Origin: Octopus sinensis
Taxonomy: Eukaryota
Direction of reading: 5' to 3'
Length of the DNA: 64,000 nucleotides
NCBI RefSeq assembly: GCF_006345805.1
Contig: NC_043006.1
Location: forward strand, 88,598,001-88,662,000
Of this stretch, positions 1-12,819 are shown piece after piece; position 1 is the first letter of the stretch; each line of letters opens with the position of its first letter. The translations under genes were made by a program, and so were the position numbers. The notes under the pieces are model-generated. The model was not told the origin of the DNA, ran no database searches, and saw only the letters and a program-made list of their open reading frames with translations.

Positions 1-231
1 GAAGAAGAAAAGAAGAAAGAGAAAGAGAAAGAAATAGGGAAAGAAGGGAAAAAAAGAAAAAGAAAAAAAAGAGGGTTCTAGTTATACAGAAGAGCTAGTA
101 GACTGTAAGTCTGGTTTTAATCAACAGGCATCTAGGAACTAGAGGGGAATATTATTCTTTGACCAGTAAACCGTTAATTTATTGCTGTTGAAATCAGCTA
201 TGAGTTTAAAGAGAATCTAAAGAGATAACAC
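1..231 (+). repeat. Inverted copy of the 5' part of the Penelope-like element (partner at about 3070-3300); runs off the window edge
   Basis: 1-231 is the reverse complement of about 3070-3300 with only a few differences, mainly around 150-168 (e.g. GAGGGTTCTAGTTATACAGAAGAGCTAGTAGACTG...GAGATAACAC). Confidence 0.9.
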
Positions 232-816
232 AGTCAGGGGTTAAGGGGTCAGATGCTAAAATCACCAGAAAATACATAGGAAAATCTAAGTATAATCTTA
301 TCAAAAAGTCATTAAAAATTTACTTATTTAATTTATTCATTTTATTGTCTTAAGGAGTTGTCGTTATTATTCATACATTGACTGACTACAGGTCAAATCT
401 TATAAGATCATTTACAAGGTGTTAGGGGATTGTCTATCATAATGAAGATAATCATATTATCACCGAGGGAATAGCCTTATTTATTTAATTATGAAATAGA
501 ATTATGGGGCTACAGTAACTAATTATAATTTATTAGAGTTATGCTATTTAAATTAGATTAAGTTAGGAATTAAAATTAAATATTACAATTAAGATTTAAA
601 ATTAAGAATTAAAAATTGTGAGTTTGAAATTAAATAAAGCCTCAATTAAGTAGCGAATAAGTACTATTCATTTCCCTGTTCTCAAAAAACTGATGCAGAT
701 ATAAGGAAAAAGATAAAGATAACTGTAATGTGAGAACTCTTAGTTATCTACTTAAAGCATTGCTATACTAGTAGAAATCAAGTTTATATCTATCTATCTA
801 GTTATGAATATTCCAA

Positions 817-1260
817 TCATTTAAAATATTTTAAAGTCTTCAATTTAGCGTGGACACAAACTTGACCTAGTTCGATATGGTTATTCAATAAGTTTTATGT
901 TACTATGCTTTAGAATTTCGTACGTCTCCATGGAGCATAGTTGACAACCAACCCTACTATTTTTATACGGAATTGCTCTCCTAACTATTTCCCAATTAAG
1001 GGTATAATTTTTGTTATTATTTTTGAGTTCCCAGATTTGTTTGAAAGTGTGGTGGTACCAGCTTTATGACGTAATTTAAAAGTCGAGATGTGATTTCTAA
1101 ACTCTGGAAAAAATTAATTGTACAGCCAATGTAAAAATATTTGTTATTCTCCGTGGATATGGTACATTTATAGATTACATTATTTTCCCTACATAGACCA
1201 GGTGCCGGGCATTTTGATTTTATTCTACACTTACACACAGGAGGAACAACTTCAGGCCTT
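817..1260 (-). pseudogene. PLE GIY-YIG endonuclease, frameshifted
   Basis: CxC-x5-C-x5-C, NVIYKC..YFYIGCT, then in shifted frames RFRNHISTF, IWELK, YTLNWEIV, CQLCSMETYEIL, LLN...CVH. Confidence 0.85.
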
Positions 1261-2229
1261 GGATTATTCCTGGGTAGATGTTTAAGGTTCCTATTATTTT
1301 GATTATCATTTCTATAGTTGGTGCTGATATCTAAAGTATTGTTATTATTTATTGATCCTTCCGTTTCATCATTTAGGTGTAAAGTCCTACCAAGATTTCT
1401 TATATTATTCGTAATGTTATTATTATTGTTAGTCTTTTTATCCAGCTGTATATTATTGTTATAGATATCACTGATATTTTCATTCTCCTTATTTTCTCCA
1501 TTAGCCTTATTTCTATTATTTCTATTATTAACAATATTACTTCTATTAATATCGGCATTGTTATTATTACTATTAATGTTAATGTTATTAGTCATTCTGT
1601 GGTTACTATTTCACCTATGTTTTGATAGTTCCTATTGCTGTTTTTATTGTTGGTAGTATTATTGTTATTGCTATTGGTATTCATTCTGATATTATTATTT
1701 TTATTTCTATCTTCCTGGCTAGTTTAATGTTGTTATTATAATTTTAGCTATTAAAGTGGACATATTTGGGAGGGTTGAATAAGAAATCCTAACTGTTTTC
1801 CTAGAAATAATTCTATGATATCTATGAGAGATAGGGAAATTCTTTTCCAGAATCACTTTGAATTTGTTCTGTATATCCGATTGTATCGCACAGTTGAAAG
1901 GAATATTCAGCCATAATATATCTTTTTTATAAAATTTAGGGTTCGTAGAATTACTACTATTCATCTCACCGGAGTTATTGTATTTATTACCATTATTTTA
2001 TTTTTATTTGTGTGCATCTTAGGTTTATCTACTTCAATCTTATCCGAGTTACCTATGTTCTGGTCAATGCTTCTATTTGAATTGTTGGGCCTGTACTCTA
2101 GATTAGCGTTTACCGTTAATTTAATTCTACTTTTATTTCGGGCTTGGTCTTTTTGCTGCTTACGTGATTACTGATAACTTCATTATTAGGAATACGTGAG
2201 TTCTCCTTATCAACGAATGTAATCTTTTG

Positions 2230-3090
2230 GTTGTATCCAGCCTTAGTTAACGCCGCATTATAATGCTCAGAATGGGAGTTAAATATATCCTTATTGGATG
2301 ATAATTTTGAAATTCTTAATGAAATATTTCTTACTAAAGATTCTATTATATTTGGGGGATGATTTGATAATTTATTTACGTAATTCGTGACTTCGCCTTC
2401 CTTTCTAAATGGGTAATGTAGCTTGGAGTTAAGGTCTAGGGTAATATCTAGGAAATTAGCTATTTTAGTGCCCGGTTCATACGTTATACTGAGGTTGAAA
2501 TCCTTAAAGAACTTATTAATTTTCTTTCTAATCCTTTCTAAACAGATTTATTATTACTAGGGATAACAAACAGAGCATCATCCCTATATAGACCCCCCTG
2601 TATTTCTGGGATATCCTTGCTTTGCATTTTAATAGATATGCGCCTACTAGGTTGGTTACCTCAGCCGAATCACTGGAACCCATTGGTATATCAAAAAAAT
2701 TTGGTGTATCTGCTCTAGTCCATAATTTATCTTCAAATTCAATAAATGTCTTCCTAGCTAGTAGCACAATATTGATTTCTTCTCTAGTTATGAGGGAGCG
2801 ATTCATGGCAAATATTAGTGATTTGTTGAGTAAGATAGGGGAAATGCTAGAGTAATAACTATTAATATCGAACTGAATAAAGGACAGACTACTAGTATTA
2901 GTTAGAGAGTTAAACCATTTTAGAACTTCGTCGGTACTTAGCCATAGGTTTAAGGGGAGAAGAGGGGTTATTTGGGGTAGAACAGTATCCAGGATAGATT
3001 TACTAAGTCGGCCAATGTCCGACTTAGTTGGACAGATCAGCCTTACTGAAGGGTTATCCAAGAAGTCCTGAGTGTTATCTCTTTAGATTC
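2230..3090 (-). pseudogene. PLE reverse transcriptase core, with at least 3 frameshifts
   Basis: ORF 2528-3061 plus hand translation of adjacent frames; catalytic YRDD near 2575-2590. Confidence 0.9.
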
Positions 3091-3926
3091 TCTTTAAACT
3101 CATAGCTGATTTCAACAGCAATAAATTAACGGTTTAGGGTCAGAAGAATATTCCCCTCTAGTTCCTAGATGCCTGTTGATTAAAACCAGACTTACAGTCT
3201 ACTAGCTCTTCTGTATAACTAGAACCCTCTTTTTTTCTTTTTCTTTTTTCCCTTCTTTCCCTATTTCTTTCTCTTTTCTCTTTCTTCTTTTTCTTCTTCT
3301 TATTCTCTGTTTCCTTTTCTCTTCTCTTTTAGTCCCCTTTCCCCTCCCCTTTTTGCTCCCCCCTCCATTATTTTCTCTCTTTTTTTCTATTCCCTTCTCT
3401 ATTCTTGCCGATCTAGTAAGCCCTTCAGCCTTTAAGAGTTAAATAGCTACAGCCTCTTGTGAATAGCAGTAATGTGATTAATATGGCAAACACCTAATCA
3501 TATAACAAGGATTGATACCTACCTCATTGTGTTCAACCATTGTAAATTTATCGCCTGTGAATATGAAATTCATCTCCATTTCTCTGGAAATTTACATCTA
3601 CACCATTGGAATCTGTGCATATATACAAAGGATTAATTCACCCTCTCTGTAATGCTAATAAGCAGGAATTGAGACCCACCTCGTTGTAATTAACAATGGA
3701 TAAATTTGTCTTCTGTGAGAGTATATAATCCCTCATCATATCTATGGAAATTCATATGGATTAGGTCACCTTCTCTGTGATGCTATCAAAACTCTTTTAA
3801 AATTCTGTGATAAGACTGTACATCATCTTTAAAGAACTTTAATGAACTTTAGAAATCTGTTTAATTATCTACATTACTTCATGAGTATAGCCTCAAACAC
3901 TAGGATGTCTAGAGAACTTACATGTA

Positions 3927-4017
3927 TTTTAGCTGATGAGTACGGGACTCGTTTATATGCTGTAATCTTTGCAACTTTTAATAAAACCTGTCCTTGTATG
4001 AAACGATCGTACTAAAA
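3927..4017 (+). ncRNA. Type I hammerhead ribozyme motif with a long stem II loop
   Basis: Stem I TTTTAG/CTAAAA; core CTGATGA 3933-3939; stem II GTACGGGAC/GTCCTTGTAT; GAAA 4000-4003; palindromic stem III ACGATCGT; GUA cleavage triplet. Confidence 0.75.
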
Positions 4018-4029
4018 ACCTATCCATTC

Positions 4030-4355
4030 TTGTTGCTTCTTTCTCGCTTATATATATATATATATATAAACGTGTGTAAATTTCAATATGTGTATATGCG
4101 GGTATATGCGTGATATATATGTACATTTATGCGTATGTGTGTATATATTTGTACATCTATATTTATCTGACTATACACTTGCACACACACACACAAAGAC
4201 AAACACACACACACACATACACACATACACGCACACACTTTTCTGATTGCTAGAAATATACATTTGTTTCGCTCCAAGCGGGAAACACACACATCTACTT
4301 TTTGATAAATATATGTGTGCATGTGCGTCTGTGTGCGTGTGTACATAATATAATA

Positions 4356-4391
<36 letters not shown>

Positions 4392-4589
4392 TGTATATAT
4401 ATATATATATATAGATACACACACATATATATAGATGCATATATGTATATGTAAATATGTATATAACATACGTATATATACATATATATACAAATATATA
4501 TGTATATATTGTATATGTATATATACATATATATATACAAATATATATGTAATATATATGTATATATTATACCATATATATATATTATA

Positions 4590-4630
<41 letters not shown>

Positions 4631-4700
4631 ATGTATGTATATGCATACATACACAAACTTAATACACAGATACATACATACCTATATACATATGCCATAA
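4030..4700. repeat. Compound (TA)n/(CA)n/(TATG)n microsatellite
   Basis: Read directly from the sequence. Confidence 0.95.
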
Positions 4701-5094
4701 ATACGTGCTTCCTGTCTCAATCTAAAGCAAATTACATTAAGTATATGATAAAATAATTGAATAATATTTGTGCTAATGGAATACTTGATTGTGAATTAAT
4801 TGGTGTTCGGGGAGGAAACTGAATAGAAACATCACAAATCATTTTATTTATTTAGTTAATTATTTAGCTTTCTTATAGTATTATTTTCTATTTTTCTATA
4901 AAACTGTGTTTGATATACATATGCATATACGCATATATATAGATAAACACATAATATGCACGTGTGTGTAATATATGTATAATATGTATGTTCGTGCGTA
5001 ATATATATATATATACACACAAACAAAGCAAAACTTCAAAGCTTTGTATAATGCATATCTAAGGAATATTTGGATAACGATGTCGATGAGTTAC

Positions 5095-5195
5095 TATTGG
5101 CATACTATGTAGTCACAAGTGTTATATAGTCATAATGGTGCTTTATGGTCATGCAAGTACTATCGTAGTCATGTAAGTGCTATATAGTCATCATA
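5095..5195. repeat. Degenerate minisatellite of about 19-20 bp (GTAGTCATGTAAGTGCTAT-like)
   Basis: About 5 imperfect units containing (T)AGTCA(T) at a regular spacing. Confidence 0.55.
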
Positions 5196-5380
5196 TATGT
5201 ACCACATAATGACAAGAGTCATTCCTTCTATGTTGTCCTAACAATATGAAACCCTCGCTGCTATTTCGTTCGTAGAATATGTAAACCTCGGTGTACAAGG
5301 ACTAATTACTATGTTCTCGCGTACGCACAATCACTTAATGCCACACACAAACATTGGGAGGGAAATTTCGCACCTATATG

Positions 5381-5599
5381 TTGGTTTCAAATTTTGGTAC
5401 AAGGTCAGCAATTTGCGGGAAAGTGGACTAGTCGATTACATCGACCCCAGTGCTTAACTGGTAGTTATTTTATCGGCTCCCAAAAGGATGAAAAACAAAA
5501 CTGACCTCGTCGGAATTTGAACTCAGAACGTAAAGACGGATGAAATACCGCTAAGCATTTTGCTCGGCATGCTAACGATTCTGCCAGCTCACTGCCTTA
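5381..5599 (-). mobile_element. tRNA-derived SINE, family 1 (AAGGCGGCGAGCTGGCAGAA head)
   Basis: Pol III A-box and B-box-like head (GGCAGTGAGCTGGCAGAA; GAGTTCAAATTCC); same body as the copies at 29036 and 48297. Confidence 0.85.
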
Positions 5600-5742
5600 A
5601 GTTTGTACTCAGATATTAGCAAGGAAACAAAGATTTTGATGTCCTCCTATAGTAGTCAGAATAATATCTTCTAAATCCGAAATATTTGAAACCTCTTTGT
5701 CACTCTCATTTACACAAATATTATGACCTACTGATCATTCTT

Positions 5743-5974
5743 ATTTCTTTATTACCCACAAGGGGCTAACCATAGAGGGTACAAACAAAGACAGACAAAT
5801 GGATTAAGTCGATTACATCGACCCCAGTCCGTAACTGGTAATACATTTATCGACCCCGAAAGGATGAAAGGCAAAGTCGACTTCGGCGGAATTAGAACTC
5901 AGAACGTAACGGCAGACGAAATACCGCTAAGCATTTCACCCGGCGTGCTAATGTTTCTGCCAGCTTGCCGCCTT
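5743..5974 (-). mobile_element. tRNA-derived SINE, family 1, full length
   Basis: Near reverse complement of 48297-48533. Confidence 0.9.
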
Positions 5975-6634
5975 TTGATCATTCTATTGGATCTACTGAT
6001 CATTCTGTTGGACATCTCTCCTTTTGAAATCAATAAAAGACATTGTTAATGAACAAATGTAATAAAAATAGAAGAAATGATTAAATACTTCAAGTTAAAT
6101 AGTTAAGCCTGTGTAGTCTCCGAGAAAGAAACCAAACCCTTTCAGGCACGAGGATGTCTGATGTATAAAGATTGTTTAATTGGCCACTTCACAGTTATGT
6201 TGTTATTCTGGTGTAGAATAATCGATAATAATCCTACAGGGCTCATAGGATTGAAGTTTCAAGATCAGGTTTCAAGGCTATCCCAGTGCAAGACTGTTCC
6301 AGTCCTGGACGGGATCCTAGTCTATCGTAGGATTACCCCTCAGAAATGCATCTTGCTTTAATTATTTATTGAAACAAATAAGAGCAGAATCCATGATATT
6401 TGAAGTACCTTTCAGATTGGTGAAGTCAGCGTGGTGGAAGGTCATCTTGAATTTCTAATGGCTACTGAATGAGTTCCAAGGAGTTGCAGTTCTTGGAAGG
6501 TAGTCAGTGACTTAGCAGCCAGGTACAGAAGAGATGGTGGGGAGAAGGGAAGACAGAAGCAACAAATGAGATGAGATGAAGATGTGATACTGTTTGTTAG
6601 TTCAGAAAATCAGAAATTGCTAGAGCGATTGTTG

Positions 6635-6670
<36 letters not shown>

Positions 6671-7079
6671 TAGAATACAGATCGAAAATGAAGGCAACAT
6701 AGATGTCGAACTGAGCACGATTGTTGAGAAAATAGAAGGTCTTATAGCAGGGGTAGAAGAAACAAAGAAAAGAAACAACGCAATAAATGTAGATCGATGT
6801 GTAAAAGCTTTGCCGATTACCAAAATGTTTTTTTTTTTTGGTTTATCATGCTGTCAAGGATGTTTATGTGTGTAACAACAGCAATATCCCTTATATGTGA
6901 CCAATATTCTAACCTGTGCTTTTCTTGATCTTTGTAGATTATATCCAACTGTATTTTCTTCAGAAGAATCTGTAGTAACAGAGAGGGTTGTATTTTCCAT
7001 CATATAATTTTCAAAGTAGGAATCCCATCTTGAAAAAGGAAGCAATCTTAAAACGCTTACATAGTTTACATTTAAACTC

Positions 7080-7480
7080 TCGCTCTCTCTCGTGTTTTCC
7101 TGGGGTGTGACATAGAGGGCAGCAAGCTACTTCTTGTGCGATTGAACTGCAACAGCTCCTTCTGCTTCCATCCATTTGGCCAATTGGCCCCCATGCACTT
7201 AAGGCTTTCATAGTAGGTGCGATACCAATATGAACTTGTATCAGTCCATTTTCCATTTTCCTTCAAGTTTCTATGTAATTGCAGTCTTTGTACGCTGAGT
7301 TGTATGTACAATATCTTCCCTGCCTGGTTAAAGTAACACAGCACGATGGTGTATTATAGAGGCTAGGATTTACTTCACAGAAAGATTATTTCGTTTGTAA
7401 TTCTATCTCGCCAACAGACATTATTTTTGGAATATATCCAGGTTCTTGGCTACCTTCAGCAATATTTTCTGTTTCACTGC
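7080..7480 (-). mobile_element. Highly decayed RTE-like LINE, C-terminal region
   Basis: Broken frames give AKNLDIFQK*CL and LAALYVT, resembling RTE C-terminal motifs; many stops. Confidence 0.4.
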
Positions 7481-8094
7481 AATACAGAACCATTGATAGA
7501 ACTATTGAGGTATATAGTTGGAATTCATGTCGGTATTGATGTTTGCTGATGCTCAGATTTGGTGCACACGCTAAAATACGACCCTTGTTTTCCCAGTTCT
7601 ACTGTTCACCTCACTTTCTATGCTTTCTTTACTACAGAGCACACCGAGAGGTGGGAGAAATATAGATTACACGCTCTAGAGACTGCAGACCGACTTCAGT
7701 ATTGAGATACAGAGTGAGTGGAAGATTTATTAAAGAGGATATAGGTTTAGTGGGAGGGAAAGGAAAGGGTGAGAGGATATTTGCTGGGTAAACTTCATAA
7801 ATACAGAAGTGACCACGTAGAAGCAGCAGCGGACTGAAATAATGTTTAACCAATAGAATGAGCAAAAAGACGGTGAAGATACATTTCATATATTTTTTTA
7901 AACAATAAACACAATTTCCTTTATGTATGAACAACAATTTCTGACTGGCTCTGCGAGTAATATTTCGAAGAATTAAAGAAAAAAGCAAGAAATATAATAT
8001 TCTTTTCCTCATCGAAAAAAAAAGACAAAGAGACAATCCTTCAGGTGGCAATAGAGATTATGGAAGTGAATATATGCTTGCTTAAGCATTCACA

Positions 8095-8327
8095 TGTGTT
8101 TAAGTGTATTCGTGTATATATGTGTGCGAGCGTGTGAGTGTGTGTGTGCGTGTGTGTGTGTGTATTGCATGCATGTGTGTTTGTGCATATATACAGAATA
8201 TGTAAGTATATATGTGTATGAATATATGTTTAAAATATTTAGACATATAAAAAATATATATGCATTCACATATGATATATATGTGCGCGTGTGTGTGTTT
8301 GTGCGTGTTCGTGTGTGAATATGTACG

Positions 8328-8360
<33 letters not shown>

Positions 8361-8500
8361 GCATATACGCGCCTATACATGTATCAAGTATATATATTGT
8401 AAGTAAAGTAACACCTGCGATTGTGCGCGCGCAAGCGTGTGTTTGTATGTGTGTGTGCTTGTGTTTGTGTGTGTTTGTGTGTTTGTGTGTGTGTGTGTGC
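8095..8500. repeat. Degenerate (TG)n/(TA)n microsatellite
   Basis: Read directly from the sequence. Confidence 0.9.
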
Positions 8501-9412
8501 CACAGGCAAAATAGTACTCATAGTATATAGAGAATGATGAGAAAACATTTGTATTCCGTAGATAACAGAAACGTATTTGTCATATCTTTCTGTATATTTC
8601 TCTGGATTTTTTAACACTTTTATGCTTCACTATTCAAAGTGAAAAATACTTTTAAAAAATCCATCTGTATACATGTAGCTAATCCATAAATGTAATGTCA
8701 TATTATGTGTCTAAGTATGTGTACGTATGAGTGTGTGGGTGAAAACATTTTATTGCTTTTATCAATTCCATAGCGTTATAACTTGTTCTTTCGGATTGGT
8801 TTCTACAGCATTCAAGACAATAACATATCTTAATTCGTTCTAATCCTTCTTTTAAACAGCAGTAAAATCATCTCCTTCAAATCACATCTGCCATCTGAAG
8901 AAAAGAAAAGCCAATGTGGTTTGGTTATAATGGCCTCTGCTTTTCGGAGTTAGTTGATTCCATTCACGCACCTTCGACGCACACTTCTCTCCAGCTCTTG
9001 TTACTCTTGGTGCGTGCAACGATCTCGGCGCACATTAACCATTTATCCCATTCCTTTCTCTATACAACAACGATTCTCTGGACAACTGTTTCAAAGGAGC
9101 ATTAACGAAAACAACTCCATTAGTCTCGAAGGGGCTGAAAGTGTTATGGGCAGTCTCCTCTTTTGTAGATTAGTCTATGAAAGAAAACAAAAGAAATCAT
9201 GGATTTGGAAGAATTTTGTAAAATAATTAACATTTTCATTAAGTTGATGGTACAAAGTAACAAAGATCTGCCCATAATATATAATAGAAGGTTCTTATTA
9301 AAGTATGAATCATGGATTCAGAGGCTCCATGGTGCAAGGATCAAGTTAGTTGGTAAAAACAAGTTTAGATATCTTTTCCTGCTAAATATTGAAGATAATG
9401 TTGCACTTGAGA

Positions 9413-9500
9413 GAAGGTGGCCAGCGGTTAGAATTATTACCACGCCGGACAAAATGCTTAGTGGCATTGCTTTCAGCTTTATGTTCTGAGTTCAACCAGC
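9413..9500 (+). mobile_element. SINE family 1 head, truncated at the B box next to the Gypsy end
   Basis: AAGGTGGCCAGCGGTTAGAA...GTTCTGAGTTCAA. Confidence 0.65.
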
Positions 9501-10198
9501 GCTATACAGACAAAGGGACGAAATAACATGCCTGCGGGCTAGAACCCGAAGTGTGACTGTTAGTAAACTAGTGTCCGACTTTTAACCAGCTCCTCCTCAG
9601 ACGACGAAAAGTCTGAGGAGCTAATCTTTTCCGTTATCATCTCCATTACCGCACTTCCCCCTTCAAACAAGGGGGAAAGTATCAACAAAGCCGCCTTAGG
9701 CAACAAAATATGGTGTCGTTAGACACAAAACAGTTAAACACAGTAACAAACAATGTAACTCAAAGGAATTCAAGATGTTAACCAGACAAGGAGTTCACCA
9801 GGACTCTATTACTACTGACCTGCTACAACGACTGATTGTGTAACTTTATAGTGACCCTCATACCACTTTGTCACGTAGGAAGGGGTACCATTTTCACTAC
9901 ATCTACCCGTTCGGGTTTTTTTCTTTGGGAAGCAAGTAATTTTATTTTACTTTATTCAACCCTCCTCCCTTTTTTGCGTTATTTTTCCAGCTTAATATTT
10001 TTTTTCTTTTTGGCGTCTATTTTTAGGAACTCCGTGTTCTTTTTTCTTCCACTTGTACCTGTAACGGTCTTGGTACCTGGAATGTATCTTACGGTCATTT
10101 CATAGGTTCTTCTAATCTGTCTGGTTCATTTTCTGTCAATCGCTTCTTCAATTGGTTTCTTTCTTTTTCAGTACCTTTTCTGCTATTGATTATGTACA

Positions 10199-11077
10199 TC
10201 ATTTTTCCTTTGTACTTTGTAATTTTTCCTTCTTCCCATTATTGTGTCTTTCCTGGTTCTTTTTCTTTCCTCGCCAGGTAACAGTTTGGCAAAAACTGAT
10301 TTCACCTCCCTCTGCTGGTGAGATTCCTGCTAGTGTATTGGAGTTCGGTGTCACCCTGTATACCCTTACGAATTGTTGCAGAGCGACTTCACCTGTAACT
10401 TCCTTGTTTGCTTTTCTCAAAGCTCTTTCAAAAATGTCCATAAAATGCTCTGCATGTCCATTTGATCTGGGATGGTAAGGCGCTATCATTTTATGTTCTG
10501 CTGCGAACATTTTGCAGAATTTTCTAAATTCACTGGACACAAATTGTCTTCCATTATCAGATACAATCACGTCTGGGATGCCAAATCTTGTAAAAAATAC
10601 CGTTTCGGAGGTTGGTATTTTGCACTCAAGAATTTCCAGCCATTTTGTAAAACTGTCAACTACTACTAAGCAGTAATAACCATTTAACGGACCCGCAAAA
10701 TCGATATGTAGTCTTGATAATAGACATTTTACTTCTGGCCAAGGCGCCCAATTTTTTGTGGGCAATTTCTGTGCCAGAGCACATCCTCTGCAGACTTCCA
10801 TTACGTTTTCAATTTCCTTGCCCATCTTGGGCCAATATACATAACTACGCATAAGCTTTTCCATCCTTGTGATCCCCAGATGTCCAATACGAAATTCTTG
10901 CAACATTCTTTTTTGTAAAGTCTCAGGTGTCACTAACCTTCGTCCATACACCAGTACGACGTCACATGTTGAATATGTGTGTACCAGTTGCAGCTTTTCC
11001 TTACCGAACCTATTTTTGCTTTCTTTAGCTGACCACAGAGATTCTTGTTTCATTAATGAAATTATCTTTTGACGCAT
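10199..11077 (-). pseudogene. Gypsy integrase remnant
   Basis: ORF track 292 aa with a zinc-binding domain and DDE core motifs; the C-terminus drifts out of frame. Confidence 0.9.
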
Positions 11078-11289
11078 GTCACTTTATCCCCCCCCCCACC
11101 GAGTTATTGGTAACTTTCGTACAATGTTCTACATTATGTGTTTAATTTCCACTTCGGCTCTTAGGGTTACTATTACTATGTCCTTGAATGGTTCGCCATT
11201 TTTAGGTATTAACCTGAATAGGCCGTCAGCATGTCCTATCTCTATCGAAGGTAAATATTCCATTGTGTAGTCGTAGTTTAGTAGTATGT

Positions 11290-12230
11290 TGCCCCATCGC
11301 AGCAACCTGTTTGCTGTATATCCAGGGACTTCTTTCTTGGACCCATAAATCGTTAGTAACGGACGATGGTCTGCTTATAGTCTAAACCTTCTAACATATA
11401 TAAACCTGTGGAACTTTTTTATGCCAAATATAATTGCCAATGCTTCTTTTTTATTTCGCTATATTTTCTTCCGCTGGCAATAGCTTTCTTGACGCGTGAG
11501 ATATGGCCTTTTGGCTGCTATCTTTACATTTGTGTAGGAGTACGGCACCTACCCCGTACTCACTAGCATCTGTAGCCAGTATCGTTTCCAACTTCGAATC
11601 GAAGTAAGTGACAAGTCTGAAGTTAACATGCTTTTTAATTCCTCAAATGCCTTCTAGCATTTCTCTGACCAAAACTATTTTGAATCCTTTTTTAACAGCT
11701 CGTTTAGTGGGGCCCTTGTGTTGTGTATGTTCGGGATGTATACTTGATACTAGTTTACCAAGCCTAAAGGTGCTTGTAAAAATTCGACGTTACTATTCCG
11801 TATTGCCGTCGCCCTTTATGGGGCCGGCCTACGTGACCTTTCGTCATTTACTTGATCTGAATATTTGATTTGTTTCATCAAAAATTCACACTTTTCTACC
11901 GTTAGTCTAAAATCGTATTCATTTATTTTTCCGAGTGCTTTTTTTTAAATATGTTCGAAGTGTTGCTCCATTGACATGCTCTTTATCAAAATATCATCGA
12001 GATAAGCGATAGCAAAGTCGCAATCGTTCAACACTGCGTCCATCAGCTGTTGGAATATGGCAGGTGCCACTTTTACTCCAAACAAGCCGCTTGGATTTAT
12101 ACAATCCACGGTGTGTGTTGATTGTTAAAAGTTGTGCGCAATCTTCCTCTACCTGTATCTGTAGATAGGCCTCCGAGAGGTCTAATTTCGAGAAAATTCT
12201 TCCTGCATTTAGTTTTGAGAACACTTCTTC
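11290..12230 (-). pseudogene. Gypsy RT and RNase H remnant, frameshifted
   Basis: ORF 11994-12224; YLDD near 11995-12010 in a shifted frame; DASEYG near 11560-11580. Confidence 0.85.
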
Positions 12231-12460
12231 TGGGCTTGGTAACGGATAATTGTGTTCGACTAAACAATCATTTAATCCAGTTCAAAAGTCCGCACACACG
12301 CTTAGTTTTTCTTTCATTATATAAGCCGTCGAAGCTGCCCAGTCGACTTTTCCAATTATAGCTAGACTTTCTAGTCTTTCTAGCTCTTTATTGACCTCGT
12401 CCAACGCCACAAACGGTACGTTCCGTTTGGACCTAGAAACAGGTGTTGCTTTTTCTTTTT

Positions 12461-12819
<359 letters not shown>

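Larger units (their letters stand above)
233..3420 (-). mobile_element. Penelope-like retroelement (RT plus C-terminal GIY-YIG endonuclease), frameshifted; tentatively Naiad-like
   Basis: Motifs read across frameshifts: NPSVRLICPTKSDIG, FDINSYYSSIS, MGSSDSAEVTNLVG, GLYRDDAL, ANFLDITLDL, SNHPPNII, ILWLNIPF, RISYSTLPN, then CKCRIKSKCPAPGLC, VIY..YIGCT, WEIVRRAIPY, CQLC, with the stop near 817. Clade assignment is from recalled motif style only. Confidence 0.9.
9503..12350 (-). mobile_element. Ty3/Gypsy LTR retrotransposon, 5'-truncated (RT, RNase H, integrase, probable 3' LTR at about 9503-9960)
   Basis: RT FSKLDLSEAYLQ and AYLDDILI; RNase H LATDASEYGVGAVL; integrase zinc finger GHLG..YVYWP..C..C, HIDFAGP, SDNGRQF, YHPRSNGHAE; polypurine tract AAAAAAGGGAGGAGGG at 9960-9975. 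No gag, protease or 5' LTR seen. Confidence 0.9.

Noticed and set aside
233-817. Hammerhead in the 3' UTR of the first PLE
   Set aside because: No CUGANGA plus GAAA arrangement found on the sense strand.
817-3100. Selenocysteine-recoding (Naiad-type) PLE
   Set aside because: The conserved Cys positions I could read use TGT/TGC, I saw no in-frame TGA at Cys sites, and I recognised no SECIS in 233-817.
9590-9622. GACGAAA...CTGAGGA as a hammerhead
   Set aside because: The motifs are part of one simple hairpin and leave no room for stems I and III.
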